DNA of 64,000 nt, the filler included, from Asterionella formosa (taxonomy: Eukaryota), in the NCBI GenBank assembly GCA_002256025.1. It is 12 parts of 12 records of this genome, joined end to end, with 100 filler letters (N's around TTAATTAATTAA, not from the genome) between each part and the next. Parts side by side here need not be neighbours in the genome. Positions count along the whole stretch, not along the records: positions 37,438 to 42,673 come from NKIB01013154.1; positions 42,774 to 48,009 come from NKIB01013155.1; positions 48,110 to 53,345 come from NKIB01013156.1; 9 more parts are not named here. One strand, 5' to 3'. Below the pieces are notes generated by a model, which was not told where the DNA came from, did no database searches, and was given only the letters and a program-made list of their open reading frames with translations. A program made the position numbers and the translations under genes. Shown piece by piece: positions 37,438 through 49,907 of this stretch; the first letter of the stretch is position 1; each line of letters starts with the position of its first letter.

Positions 37438-38058
37438 ACAAACTCTCCCAAAAATTCCCCAACAGCCGCACCCACATCGGTTCCAACAAACTCGCCAACA
37501 ATTTCCCCAACTGCCAATCCCACCAGGGTTCCAACAAAAACTCCCACAAATTCCCCAACTGTCGCTCCCACCAGGGTTCCGACAAACTCTCCCACAAATT
37601 CCCCAACAGCCGCACCCACATCGGTTCCAACAAACTCGCCAACAATTTCCCCAACTGCCACTCCCACCAGGTTTCCAACAAAAACTCCCACAAATTCCCC
37701 AACTGTCGCTCCCACCAGGGTTCCGACAAAGTCTCCCACAAATTCCCCAAAAGCCGCGCCCACATCGGTTCCAACAAACTCGCCAACAATTTCCCCAACC
37801 GCCACTCCCACCAGGGTTCCAACAAAAACTCCCACCAAAGCCCCGACGAAAGCTCCCACCAAATCCCCAATGAAAACTACAACCAAATCCCCGACGAAAG
37901 CCACAACTAGATCCCCAACAAAGGTTCCAACCAATCCCCCCACTAGCACTCGAACAAGTGTGTCAACAAGCGCTCCCACTAAATCCCCTGCTACTTCTCA
38001 AGCAAGTCTGGCAACAAAAGCTTCCCTAATAAAGAAACCCACAGTTCGCCCACAATAG
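37438..38058 (+). CDS. C-terminus of a Pro/Thr-rich (xxPT repeat) mucin-like protein, partial
   Basis: Open frame from the contig start of SPT/APT/VPT tetrapeptides; 144-bp higher-order period (37462, 37606, 37750). Confidence 0.75.
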   Translation, partial: TNSPKNSPTAAPTSVPTNSPTISPTANPTRVPTKTPTNSPTVAPTRVPTNSPTNSPTAAPTSVPTNSPTISPTATPTRFPTKTPTNSPTVAPTRVPTKSPTNSPKAAPTSVPTNSPTISPTATPTRVPTKTPTKAPTKAPTKSPMKTTTKSPTKATTRSPTKVPTNPPTSTRTSVSTSAPTKSPATSQASLATKASLIKKPTVRPQ

Positions 38059-38849
38059 ATCCCAAGGGTATTTTCAGAATAACGAACAGACTCGGAAATA
38101 AACGTTTTTTCAATGACTCAATAACAGTTGCTGTCAAGTCAGGTCCACTTCTGTTCAATCACTAGTTTGTGAGCCGAAAGAAAAACTTTAAATGACAAGT
38201 ATCTATCATACCTCCACCTGTGCAAAACCTGTGATATTTGTGGTACTGCACTAATCCCACCATGTAGTCTACCTGCATGAGATACTAGGTCATTTGGCAA
38301 ATTTCCATACATGCAATATTATTTCTGGGTTTTGGTCTGAAAATGATGGTTGGTATTAGTTTTTGTCTCACCAATGATTTTATAGGCTTAATCAGCCATA
38401 CCACTTTTGGGTCCCTTGCCAATGTGGTATCAGGGATATAGCAAAGTTCACATTCATTGTCACTGATAAATGTGAGTACACCGTCATCACACTAATATTG
38501 CACCAACTAAAATTTATTTTGTTTCTGGTTGAAAATCAACATCAGCCCAACATGAAAACACTGCTGCAATCAATTTGCCTCAAATACTGACATTTAAAAC
38601 ATTCAAATTTTACCCTCACACCACTTTCACTTGCCTACTTTTCATATGATAGTTATAGTTGTGGCTTTAGAGGCGGTGGTGGTCATAGCTTTAGTTGTTG
38701 ATGGAACAAATCAATAGTTCTATTTGTATCCCTTTTACTAAAGGACGAATATTTTCTTCCATCATAGTTTCATTATATCTTATGCCATTTTAAAGTAAAA
38801 TCTTTAATTTTTTCTCTCATAGCATTCATACTATGATATATCAGACCAG

Positions 38850-39183
38850 AAATTGGCTGAGTAATAAAGCATGTTGCTTTATCTTTGATCTGAACTTGTG
38901 TAGTTTGATACTCGCAATGTTTTTGAGACACATTTGTTGGGTTCGACTCCCACACTCCATACTATCCTGCACAGTCTTGCCTAGCGTGCAAGAAATATTG
39001 GGTTGCCCCCTAAGCAGCTTGTGCCACATTCCTAGGCAGTCGGAATTTCCCCTAGCTAAAGCTTCAGCTAAGACGCTCAGCCCCTTGTCACAAAAGATGG
39101 TCAGGGACTCATTGTCGCTAACAAACTAGGGAAGCACAGGTCTTGTCAGCAAGTAGCACAATGAAATACTTGACTAGAAAAAG
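38850..39183 (+). mobile_element. tRNA-derived SINE, copy C (diverged)
   Basis: Shares GTTCGACTCCCACACTCC, GCAAGAAATA.TGGGTTGCC, AAGCAGCTTGTG and CTAGGGAAGCACAGGTCTTGT with copies A and B. Confidence 0.8.
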
Positions 39184-39289
39184 TGAATGTGTGAAGGAGC
39201 TTAACCAAACTAAGGTGTTGAAAGCAACGCATGAGCCAGCTGTCAATTGCAGTGTTAAATTTAAGTTCTTATCATCAATAAACAGTCCG

Positions 39290-39540
39290 ATCGGATTTGA
39301 TAGCAGAAGAGAACATTGGAGTACGGGAGGATTTTGGTGTGAGTAGGTCGGCTAGGAGAGGAGTTACCACCCATGCTAAAAACATTGGTGTGGCAGAACA
39401 TGTGCTGCAAGCCAACAATAGGTGGCTGGCAGAAAGAAGAGAGTGCAAAGCGAAGCTGACCATGGTTGACGATGCAGGATTATTACACAGATGTTAAACA
39501 GAATTTGCCTATGTTGCTAAATTTTTCGGCTCCACTTTAA
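39290..39540 (+). mobile_element. Tyrosine recombinase C-terminal fragment (DIRS/Crypton-like)
   Basis: EDFGVSRSARRGVTTHAKN.GV...NRW...M...YYTD pattern. Confidence 0.6.
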
Positions 39541-40635
39541 GTAACACAGCAAGGAGTGGATAGGCAGGTAGACAGAGGGGAGAAAGAGAAGTTATACTTG
39601 GAAAGACACCAAATGATGAGCTTCACAGGGCGTTGGTCGTAGGGACATCAACAGTCAGGCCAAGCCTTACTGGCACCTAAAGAAACATTTGATTTATATG
39701 GGCATGATGGTGGAACAGAATCACTTTGTTTATCTTTAATCCGAGATGACAGTTGTCAGTTGGGATCTGGTCTTTGCAAATACAGATGAAACCAATTTGG
39801 CTATAAGGTCACGAGCTAATGGTTAAAGGTTAGATCCTGTTTAACTGCATTTTTTATGGTGCTACAAAATTGGTTTGAAAAAATCAGGTCGAAGGAGTTG
39901 ATCTCATTATGATGATAGTGACATGAAGGAAAAAGGGAAATGAGGTAGACAAACCCCCAACGTAATACTTAGGTGGAAATGAGAGTCGATGATGTGGATA
40001 TGACTTGTTTTTGGATAGTATTTATCGTCTGATGCACACTGTTTTTAACTGCCAATAACCTGTCAACTCTAGTGTTTAAAATGCACAAATGAAACACAAC
40101 ACCATAGCTAAATAATTACATACCAGTGTCAACGAGGAGGACCAACAGAATTTATAGGACGTTACTTTTTTCTGTCCAGAAGATTATTATGGGTGTTGCT
40201 TTGGTACCCTGGTACCACATCGAAGAAATGTACTGTTCAGGAGGGGGCCAGCAACCTCAGACGAAGAAGGCAGATACGGCAAAACACGTTTGCTAACTAT
40301 CTCGATTACCGTACCTTCCACAGGGGGCCAGCAAAATGAATTAGCGGTATACGGGTTTCCGTGCTAATTTGGATCACGCCCAATATGTCCAGTGATCAGT
40401 CAACAACAATGAAAGCTGCCGTTACTGATGATGTTGTTGCTGAGTGAAACCCTGGTTATTACTGATGAAATGTTTGATCTGATTCTTTTGAAACATATGA
40501 ATATGACACCGAATTAGTTTTTGTCGTAGCTAGTTTTACTTAGAAGCTGAAAGTTCCACACTATTAGACTACACATACACCTATTTTTCTCATGCAGTGG
40601 AATGAACAGTCGCTCGATGTTGATTCTGCAAAGCA

Positions 40636-42673
40636 CTACATCACCCACGAGAGGATTATATCGATTCCAGAAAAGATTAGTAAACATAAGAGCACAGGAA
40701 GCAGTAATAAGGTCGTCACAGCGGCATGCTGTTCAAGGCACCATTCGCCTAAGTGATGAGGTCCATCAATCCAGCTGGACTTGCCATTCTCGGCGTACGT
40801 TTCCTGGCTTACACCAAAAATGCGGAACCAGACGCGATGCGGCGCTTGAGAAGCGTGTGCCAACCACTGATAACTGAACGGCGTTCTCCAGCCTCCAAGA
40901 ACAAGATGGTCGGAACCCTGGAAGGCAATATAGTTTGAAGATATGATGTTGCTCACAATTATTGTTCCTGACGCAGTGAAAGGAGCGTAGACTCCGTTGC
41001 GACCAACAGTCTGAATGGCTTCAACGGCAACATGTTCTCCGGTGAACGTTTGCAGATTGTCTCCAACTGTAACATCAGAAGCAGGAATAAACTGACCGTC
41101 AACTTTCAGCATGTGATCGAACGAGATTTCAATGCCGGAAGGAAGGAACCGCAGAAAGACAGCTTCAACAGTTTCGTGACGATGACCAAAGCTGTAAACT
41201 GTTTCGAATTCTCCAGCTGCACCGAGAACCTCATCGCCTAGCTGTAGATCTTTCATAAATACGGTGCCTTTGTCTTTCACTACCACTGTGGTTTCTCCTG
41301 AAAAGCATAGTTGGAAAGGAAAGGTTGGTGTGCTTGGAGAACCTGGTGCAGGAGTCGGAGCTGGCGTGACTATTGATGAGGGTGCAACAGTTGTAGATAT
41401 ATTAGTTGATTCGAAGAAGCCATATGATTGACCTGTCTTGACGACGACGTTGTTCAAATACAGTTTGTACGATCCAGGAGGCTGAAGTCCGTCACCTTGG
41501 GAATCAAAAATAGTGAAAGTGAACTGCTGATTAATGGGAAGGCAAATATCGTGAACAATTGTTTTTCCACTGAAGGAGCCGTCGATCGAATTCAAGTAGC
41601 CATTTCTCACAGGGTTTATGTATAGGTTGGGCCCTTTTAGTTCCCAGCTTACTTCTCCAGCATAGCGGTCGAGATTTAGTTCAATTTTCAGTAACATGCT
41701 GTCTGATGCGCAGCGTTCGTTCATTTTGCGATATAGCGACCAAACGATGAACATGCGTTGGATCTGACCAGCAGTGAACTCTTCCAAGCATGGATCATCG
41801 GTGTAATCCATGTAGTTGTTAATAGGATCGATACCAGGTTGACCAGGGCATGAGTCCCTTCCAATTGGACACTTGGCACTATAGCTTGCCTGCTGGGGCG
41901 TATCGCCAACAAAGTCACCCAAGTTATTTGAATCACAGGAATTGCCTTCAAATGTGTGGTACAACCCAAGCCAATGGCCCACTTCATGAGTCATTGTTTT
42001 TCCAAGATTGCAGCAAGACGAAGAACCCCCTGGGACAGTGTTGATGTCAATGAATACCCCATCCGGTGCATTGAACTTTGACAAATTATTTCCAGTATTG
42101 AATAGCTCAGGAAAGCGAGACCAAGAGCCCCCTCTGGTCTTGCTGCCAAAGTACGCCATTAAACTCTCCGGTCCACCTGCCTTGTACAGAGTTCCAACAG
42201 TGTAGTCGGCGTTTGTCATATTAAGAAAGTATTCATCATTGACAACATATTTTGTTCCCATTAAATAAAATAGGAAAGGTGTAGCAGCAAAGTCCTCATT
42301 CAATACTTGCATTTGCGCATCAACGACGGTAGTATCCATTTCAGAGGGCTTGCCATTGGAAGGCTGGAATCTGTTTGGTTTGGTTGGGAGTGGACAAGGT
42401 GCAGGTGAGTGATACGGTAGTAGTAGCAGACATTTCACGTTGGAAACTCACATGACAAAGTAAGTCGGTATAACGATGGTTTGCGCGTCGGGTAAGCCAT
42501 TTGTCGATCGTCTATTCGCAAACGTTTCAATCTCCTTGTTGAGTTTAGCGGTTTCTTCAGGAGCAGGAGAGTCAGTGATGCAGCGCCCCGAGTGACTATG
42601 GGTGTAATTGTTGTTACTAACATCGCTTGAAGCAACGCCAAGGGCCATCAAAGCCAACAGTAAAAGGGATGGA
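40636..42673 (-). CDS. Secreted M43 (pappalysin/ulilysin-like) zinc metalloprotease fused to a Hedgehog-type Hint domain; intron 42371-42451; start lies beyond the contig edge
   Basis: THEVGHWLGLYHTF, Met-turn NNYMDY, PT linker, Hint CFSGETTV...MKDLQLGD.V...SFDH...GVYAPFT.SGTIIV, hydrophobic C-terminus. Confidence 0.9.
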
Positions 42674-43159
42674 NNNNNNNNNNNNNNNNNNNNNNNNNNN
42701 NNNNNNNNNNNNNNNNNTTAATTAATTAANNNNNNNNNNNNNNNNNNNNNNNNNNNNNNNNNNNNNNNNNNNNTACCGGTAACTCGGCTAGCGTTTTATT
42801 GAAGTATTATTATATCTACATCCGGCCTTATTAGTGTAGTACATTGACCCTATTTACAGGTATACCGGTATATACAGGCATACTCTCTTTGCTTGAATGG
42901 GTATGTACAAGTATTATGTCTACAGCAAGATTCTCGGCAAAAAATGTAAAATGATGCTTGCTTCGTGGCGCCAATAGATATATACAGGTTATATGAGTAT
43001 AACGGTATACAAGCTATATTATTACAGAAAACCTCACAATCATGGGGATGCAAGTATATTTACCCCTGTTCGTCCTGTTCAAATTGCACTCCAAGTAAGC
43101 ACGGAATATTTAGCAAACAGCTGACAACACACGGTATCAATGAACGGCAACGCTAAATC

Positions 43160-44968
43160 ATGAGGGACGGAAGTAACAAGACAACGCGGGGCGACTGGGA
43201 TTCCTACAGAAAGCTTAAGTGGACAGACATTCCGATTGAATCCAATACGCACATAGCAGTGTCCAATCCAAACGTACCTCTTCCTTCTGGCTTGACTATC
43301 ACACCTTCTTTCCTGACAATAACAGATGAAGAAGCCATTTTAAAAGAGATAGATCAACAGGATTGTTGGGTCTGGGAAGGCTTTGAACAGCGAAGGCGGG
43401 TGCAGAGACATCGAGTGACTAGCGATGAACTACCACCAAATCTTAAGGAACTGGTGGGGAGATTGATACAAGTGACTTCATTTGTACCTACTCAAATAAT
43501 AGTGGAAGAATTTCCTTTTTCTATCCCGTTGCAACAACTCTCGACCAACATATGTACTACTTTCGAAAGTAGTCCACAGTCGTACCGTGAAGGTAGCTTT
43601 GTGGTACAGTTGCCACTAGTCCATCCGGCTTTGCAGCACATCAATCGACCGAAAGATCTCACACCTGATTGCTGGCATTTGCTAACTCCCGATCATTGGA
43701 CTTACATACGCATGCAACCTGGCAGTTTTCTTGCGAAGCAAGGTGCCGCCTTGGAAGAATGGCGCTCGCAAGTATCACGACCGGGGGATGCAGACGAAGG
43801 ATCTCGTGTTTTGGTGGTCAAGCTTCACAACCTTTTGGAAGACGAGCCACTCATTCCCACCCTCCCATCTCGACCAACAGCACCCATGCCTCCAATGAAG
43901 GATTTGTTGACCATAGTGGTCACCACGTCGCCTATTCAATCCCATCCATCAACTGAACTTCTCGAACGCACGTTCGAGACCTTTCGCCTTGCTGGAGATG
44001 AGTTTATCAAGTGTCACAAAGTTATAGTCTGTGATGGATGCCGTGTAGTGGAACACGAAAAGGTGGTCTCCAAGAAGCACGCTAATGACCGGCAAAAATT
44101 GAGGTCTGGCATTGCCACTTTGAAGCAAGCAGATAACTACTTAGCATTCAAGCAAGCCCTCAAGAAAATCTGTCGAGACGCACCCGAAGATTCACCATTT
44201 ACCAACTCAGAAGTGGAAGAACTAGAATCGAGGCATGGGTATGGTTTTGCGCTCCGACATGCGCTCCGACATTGTGTGTCCACACCATATGTTTGTGTTA
44301 TTCAACATGATCGTACTTTTATGCGAAAGACACCTGTTCAAGAAACATTGCATTCCATGTTGATGTCTCAGGGTCACATCAAATACGTTAGCATGAGTAT
44401 GCGATCGAATCTCATGTACCGCGATATTTTTGTGAGCAAATATGGAAGGCCTGCATTTGATCAAATGATTCCCTTGATTCTTCGACCGTCAGAACTTCTC
44501 CTTGATGCTAGTCAATATGGACCCGACTCAGCATCGACACAGAGTATGAAAATGGAGACAGACAAGCTGACTAGTAACTTGCAATCCAATGTACAGACAT
44601 ATCGGGGGAGTTCTCAGTATTCGCTAGAACAAGATTGGCTGAAGGAGAACCCAGTACCATCTGGAAAGCATCAGCTCAGCCTCACTCCCACAATATTTTG
44701 GTATGACAATACACACATTTGCGAAACAGCCCACTATCGAGATTTTATCTACCATGATCAATTCAAAATGGTGAACCATGGTGGCTTTGTTGAAGAAAGT
44801 GTAAGTCCCATTATTGTGAAGAGTGTGGAACGATTGGGATTTGCCCGAGGACACAATCGCTTTGGTTGTTATATTTTAGACGACCACAGTGGCTTTTTCT
44901 TTACTGGGCATTTGGATGGAGGCAACTACATGACACAGATGCAGAGGAAGGAACGATTTTGGTGCTAG
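43160..44968 (+). CDS. 602-aa fusion: AlkB-like 2OG-Fe(II) fold (metal ligands apparently lost) and a GT-A/GT2-like glycosyltransferase domain
   Basis: GL.I.P.FLT..DEEAIL.EID...W...RRRVQ and P.Q.IV.E AlkB-type N-terminus; LTIVVTTSP, VIVCDG, GFALRHAL..VSTPYVCVIQHD GT-A pattern. Confidence 0.7.
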   Translation: MRDGSNKTTRGDWDSYRKLKWTDIPIESNTHIAVSNPNVPLPSGLTITPSFLTITDEEAILKEIDQQDCWVWEGFEQRRRVQRHRVTSDELPPNLKELVGRLIQVTSFVPTQIIVEEFPFSIPLQQLSTNICTTFESSPQSYREGSFVVQLPLVHPALQHINRPKDLTPDCWHLLTPDHWTYIRMQPGSFLAKQGAALEEWRSQVSRPGDADEGSRVLVVKLHNLLEDEPLIPTLPSRPTAPMPPMKDLLTIVVTTSPIQSHPSTELLERTFETFRLAGDEFIKCHKVIVCDGCRVVEHEKVVSKKHANDRQKLRSGIATLKQADNYLAFKQALKKICRDAPEDSPFTNSEVEELESRHGYGFALRHALRHCVSTPYVCVIQHDRTFMRKTPVQETLHSMLMSQGHIKYVSMSMRSNLMYRDIFVSKYGRPAFDQMIPLILRPSELLLDASQYGPDSASTQSMKMETDKLTSNLQSNVQTYRGSSQYSLEQDWLKENPVPSGKHQLSLTPTIFWYDNTHICETAHYRDFIYHDQFKMVNHGGFVEESVSPIIVKSVERLGFARGHNRFGCYILDDHSGFFFTGHLDGGNYMTQMQRKERFWC

Positions 44969-46908
44969 TTTATATTGGAATAATCCTAGAATAGTACATA
45001 AATAGTTCATGTATAAAGGATGGTGCAATCATTCCTCCATTGACCTGCTTTGCTTTGTTCAAGCTTAAAACTATTGTCAATAGAAAATCTGCTGAAGGGA
45101 AAACCAAGGGAGGTTGGAGACTGCCTTCAAGTATTCTTGTGTTCCAGATGGTGAAGGCTTTGTAATAGGTTGACTATATTATGGGTGTCAGGTAGGCAAT
45201 TCCCAACCCAGCTAGTGGTGAGCTTTTTGCCACTGATTGTCCATTCACCAATTGAAAACATATTTGGGATAGTTCATATTTTTTATGCAGTGGCCAACTG
45301 CCCTTCATATAAAACATGAAATTAAATGTTTCATATGTTCCAGTTTTTCGAGTATACAATGCTGCAATTGCCAATCATATGAAAATACATATGTTTTGGT
45401 TATTTCATATAATAATGTTTGTATATTCCTATGATATTGTTTTACTGATTCAATAGTGTTAAATAGCCCCTAGTAGATGAGGCTGCTGAATTGGAGTGCT
45501 AATTATTAATGAGTTGAATACATAAGATAGTTTAATATAGATTTGCTTGCCATTTACTTATGGTTGGCCTGCCGAAACTTGAGCGAGAAAACGATGAGCA
45601 TATTGGTACAAACAAGCAATTTTCCATAAAGTGACAATGGCATTTCTATTTTTACTATGCTCATCATAACCCATTATTCCCAGATCGATGCAAACTTTTT
45701 CATCGAAAATTCGCTTGCATGATTTGCCAGATTTGCTAGATGCTGATGAATCAGGTGATGATTCAAAAATGAAATATATCAATCATTTTTATAGCGCCTT
45801 TACCCTAGCCTATTTCTATATTTGGCATTGTTGCGCTCCATGGCCCATAGAGAGGTGGGTTCGTGGTGGAAGTTTGTTGGTGGTCACTACCTTGAGTAGG
45901 ATTGTATTGGTAAAAAAATTGCTAGCTGCAGTCTTGTACTATCCTATCCAAGTAGCCGAGTGGTTCATGTCGCTCAGCCAGGGAATTGGATTCAAAGTAT
46001 GGATTGTTTGTAATCCGGTTGCTTGAGCCACACCTAAGTGTTTACAAGTGGAGCAGATATTGATCACTAGCCATGTGTCATCCGCAATTCGTGAATCAAG
46101 TTACCGCACAGCATTTACGGATTATTTAAGTAAAAAACAATGGACAGGGAACTAAACATATCTTAAGTTTCGTGGATTGGAAAATCATGCCAACGGCCGG
46201 TGCAAAATTAGAAAGACAACAGAAATTGACGATTTTCAGATTGGAATTTGATCTACTGGCAATAATGAGTGAGTCCACGAAAAAATTCCAAACCCGCATA
46301 TAGATGGAAGGTGCCCTGGGTGTGGCAGGTTCAACGAAGATTTCAATCATGTAGTTCAATGTCAACACACATCGACAGAACTCAAAAAATCCTGAGTGAA
46401 ATTGAGGGGAGCACTCAGCTAGGGGAGGTCGCTCATACATGACTATCATAGTATGTTCTTCAAATGTTTAGCATGGGCATGGACCAGTGTTTCTCCGCAA
46501 GCCCAGTCAGGTGGCAGGGTTCCACGCCAGATCCGGATGACTTGGTGAGACATGACAACTCATGTTTGAATCTTTTCTGAATGAACAAGGCATTGGATGA
46601 GACCAGCTTCTCCACGGCCGTGTCAGCGCTAATTGGGGCAGGGGTAATGTAACTTACCGCTGCGTGACTGAAGATCAATATAGTACTAGGATATGTAGGC
46701 CTTAGTATAGATTTTCTTTTGCATTTAATAATTAGGAGTAAAAAATTGTGACGCATACAAAATTGATGCAAACTCTTTGATATATATATATCTATATTGC
46801 CCTCCACTCATTTCCCCTCAAAAGGTATGTAACATCGATCTGTTGTCGTCGTTCATGTTAGTTGATTTTGCTCCTTGCTTCTTATTAGCTTCGTTGCTCT
46901 GTTGTTTG

Positions 46909-47240
46909 CTATGTTAAATTGTAGATATAGGTTGCCTTGCAGAAAATTGTGTCAAAATTGAGGGCACAGCGGTGTGTTTTGAATTGTTTTACAAGCTTCT
47001 CAATGCTGATGGGTTCCGCTTCATGTGTTGTTGTGACAACTTTGGCGTCCATCCTGTCATCTTGCTGTTTGTCAAGATTTTTCCAAACCTTGAAGTATGC
47101 ACATATATATTGTCTTGCTTGCCTTAAGAAATGTCTAATCCTTTTTGTTGTTAACACTTTGTCTGTCGACATGCTCTCTTGCACCACAGACCTGGAGTTC
47201 TCTTTACCCTTTTTCCCCTTCAGAGAAACCCGACTTATAT
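46909..47240 (-). mobile_element. DDE transposase C-terminal fragment (non-autonomous DNA transposon remnant)
   Basis: RIRHF.RQARQYICAY...IEKLVKQFKTHRCALNFD resembles C-termini of protist Tc1/IS630-like transposases. Confidence 0.55.
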
Positions 47241-48722
47241 TTAATTTCAAAATGACCTACTCAAGATTCCATAAAAATACTAACTACGAGAATTAGAAAG
47301 TACATGATAGTCAGTACATAATTATACCTTGAGGTATTTTCTTGCATTTCGAGGTGATCCCCCATCTCCGAAATTAATATCGCTCAAGTTTTCTGATTTG
47401 CTTGTACATAAGATAGAAATAATTATTTAATAAATGTTATTACGCTAGGCATCGCGGACTCAAAACTGTCGCTACTTTGGTAATATCTTAAAAGCTGAGC
47501 AAACGACGACGAAAACAAGTTCTAGCGGCAATTTCTAATTTTTGTCGTCAATATTGGTGCAAAAAAATTATTATTGACCGGTTACCTCGTCTATGTTAGG
47601 CTTGATATATGTACGAAATAGCAATAGTTGATTGTTATTTTTCGTTGAGATATTCTGTCCGATAATTCCGTCATGGTCAGGATGGAGTTGCTGTCTTTGC
47701 GTCCCCCTACAACGGTACAGAACAACATCGCTCAGTACAAATCAAATTTACTCACCGGTATGTATGTAGCTATGTGAAACATATGTAATATTCCGGTATA
47801 TATATTCGTATAATTTGAAGTGGTCACCAATAGTCCTACGTATGGATATGAAACGATGCATGCATATATAGGGAGTACAGTACCCTGGTACTTACCATGG
47901 GCAGAGCGGTGCAGCCCAACATGTCTGTGATGGATGTGGTGGACACCTTGTATGTGAATTACGTACACGTAGACGTAGATGTTTACTACCGATACTACCG
48001 GTAGTACGANNNNNNNNNNNNNNNNNNNNNNNNNNNNNNNNNNNNNNNNNNNNTTAATTAATTAANNNNNNNNNNNNNNNNNNNNNNNNNNNNNNNNNNN
48101 NNNNNNNNNACCAGGTACCAAATTGTCTGTGGCCCAATGTTCGGTACGTGTACCAGGTAACAGGTGCATTTCGTCCTCACATTCATAGAATCGGCCAGAG
48201 GTCGGTGAAAGTACTGGAAGGCAGTGTACGGTACTCGGAGTACCTGGTATTGCAGTATTGGACACTGATACCGCTCCAGACGCAGTGTTCGTATTCGGTA
48301 CTGTATATCAGTACACATACCAGCAAGTTGCGGTCATTTTACTGAAATTGATGACGTGAACAAGAAGGATACCGGTAGGCGATTTTTTGCACAGAAAACG
48401 TCATCAATTCACTCTTTTACTTGCTCTAGATTACCTGGTACTGGTACCGGTAGTACCGGTGACAGTACTCATTCAAAGCACGTACCGGTACTCCTATTTT
48501 ACTGTATGTACCTGAGAATGGAGTGTGAGTGACGGTTCAAACTATGGGGAAAACTAGGCTAAATATCTCAGCTTACAGGACCCGCCTTGTCCTAATTCCA
48601 AGTATCAGCATGGTCCTGGTACCTGGTATCATCCCGGTAAAAATTCTTGCAAACGCCCACTTTGCTTTCCATTTTTGCTGTGCCTTGTCCTCGATTTGTC
48701 CCACTGCCGAGCATTAAATAGT

Positions 48723-49481
48723 ATGCTGGCCGACGACGACGTCGGCGACGCTGCCGAGAACGATGTCTATCTCCAGATGATTGACTTTAAGTCGCTTCGA
48801 GCGCCCGATGGGCTAGAGACGGCAATTTCTGTCCAATGGGAGGGTCATGTCCTTTTGCTCTCTACACTCCTCGAAGAGGACGACTTGGCGCCGTTATTTG
48901 CTGGTGCGCAATGGGCTGGGACGCGAGTTTGGCATGCAGCCATTGCTATGGTAAAGTATCTTGTGGAGAATTACAGAAATTACCTAACGAGACCCGACTG
49001 TCAGTTGTTAGAATTGGGGTGTGGACTAGGTGTTCCTGGCATGCTTTGTCACGCATTGTATCATACCAAGACGTACGTGACGGATCAAGAGAGCCTTTTG
49101 AGCCAACTGCGGAAGAATATTCATCATAACTTTGGCGATAAATCGGACCTACACGCGAAAGCTCTGGATTGGTCCTGCGAAGCAGTTCGCGACTTGGTCC
49201 TCGAAACAGGTCCATTCGATATTTGTATCAACTGCGATTGTGTTTATGAACCACTTTATGGAGACTCGTGGAAGAGGCTTGCCGATGTTATGGAAGAATT
49301 GTTGCGGGTGAAACCCACGACAGTCATGCTAACATGCTGTGAAAGGAGGAATGAGGATTCTATCGACAATTTTCGGACGAAATTGGAAGCATCCGAGTAC
49401 ATTTCATCCGTGGAGACCGTCTGGACCGATCTAGAATTCAATATTGAGATATATCTTGCGAGAGGTGTGATCAGACAGTAA
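48723..49481 (+). CDS. Family-16 (METTL21-like) SAM-dependent protein methyltransferase, 252 aa
   Basis: GTRVWHAA, LLELGCGLGVPG, VTDQ, LDW, DCVYEP, ERR motifs. Confidence 0.92.
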   Translation: MLADDDVGDAAENDVYLQMIDFKSLRAPDGLETAISVQWEGHVLLLSTLLEEDDLAPLFAGAQWAGTRVWHAAIAMVKYLVENYRNYLTRPDCQLLELGCGLGVPGMLCHALYHTKTYVTDQESLLSQLRKNIHHNFGDKSDLHAKALDWSCEAVRDLVLETGPFDICINCDCVYEPLYGDSWKRLADVMEELLRVKPTTVMLTCCERRNEDSIDNFRTKLEASEYISSVETVWTDLEFNIEIYLARGVIRQ

Positions 49482-49907
49482 GCCATAAGGAGAATCATAG
49501 TCAGGAGGTGAACACGTTTTAGTTTTCAACAACATGTCCTTGTGAATATTTGGCACAATAATTACCATCAAATGCGGACATGAAACCTAGCACCACACTT
49601 TTCTTTGTTAGGTCCTCTTAAACCTGATTCAAATCATTCACATGTATACTGGTGGTTGTAATGAATAAAAAATCATATACTGGATGAGCTTCATCAGGGG
49701 ACAATCTACCCACTCACTCGCTGTTCTTCTTGCCTCTAGCTAGCAATAGAGAGAAGCTGATGAGCGATTGTTTGCTGGGGACAAGTGACAATGTGTTGAG
49801 AATTTGTAAGGGAAGTCACATGGTTATGTGCCATGATTTGGACTTTTACAACTCATGAGTAGATGCATGAGATTCAAAAAACAAAAGGCAAGAGAAGCCC
49901 AATTTTG

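Noticed and set aside
37382..37979. Minus-strand VG-rich and W-rich ORFs
   Set aside because: Antisense shadows of the plus-strand PT repeat.
40388..40485. C/D-box snoRNA (TGATGA and CTGA motifs)
   Set aside because: No clear terminal stem or recognisable rRNA guide; it lies just downstream of the protease gene.
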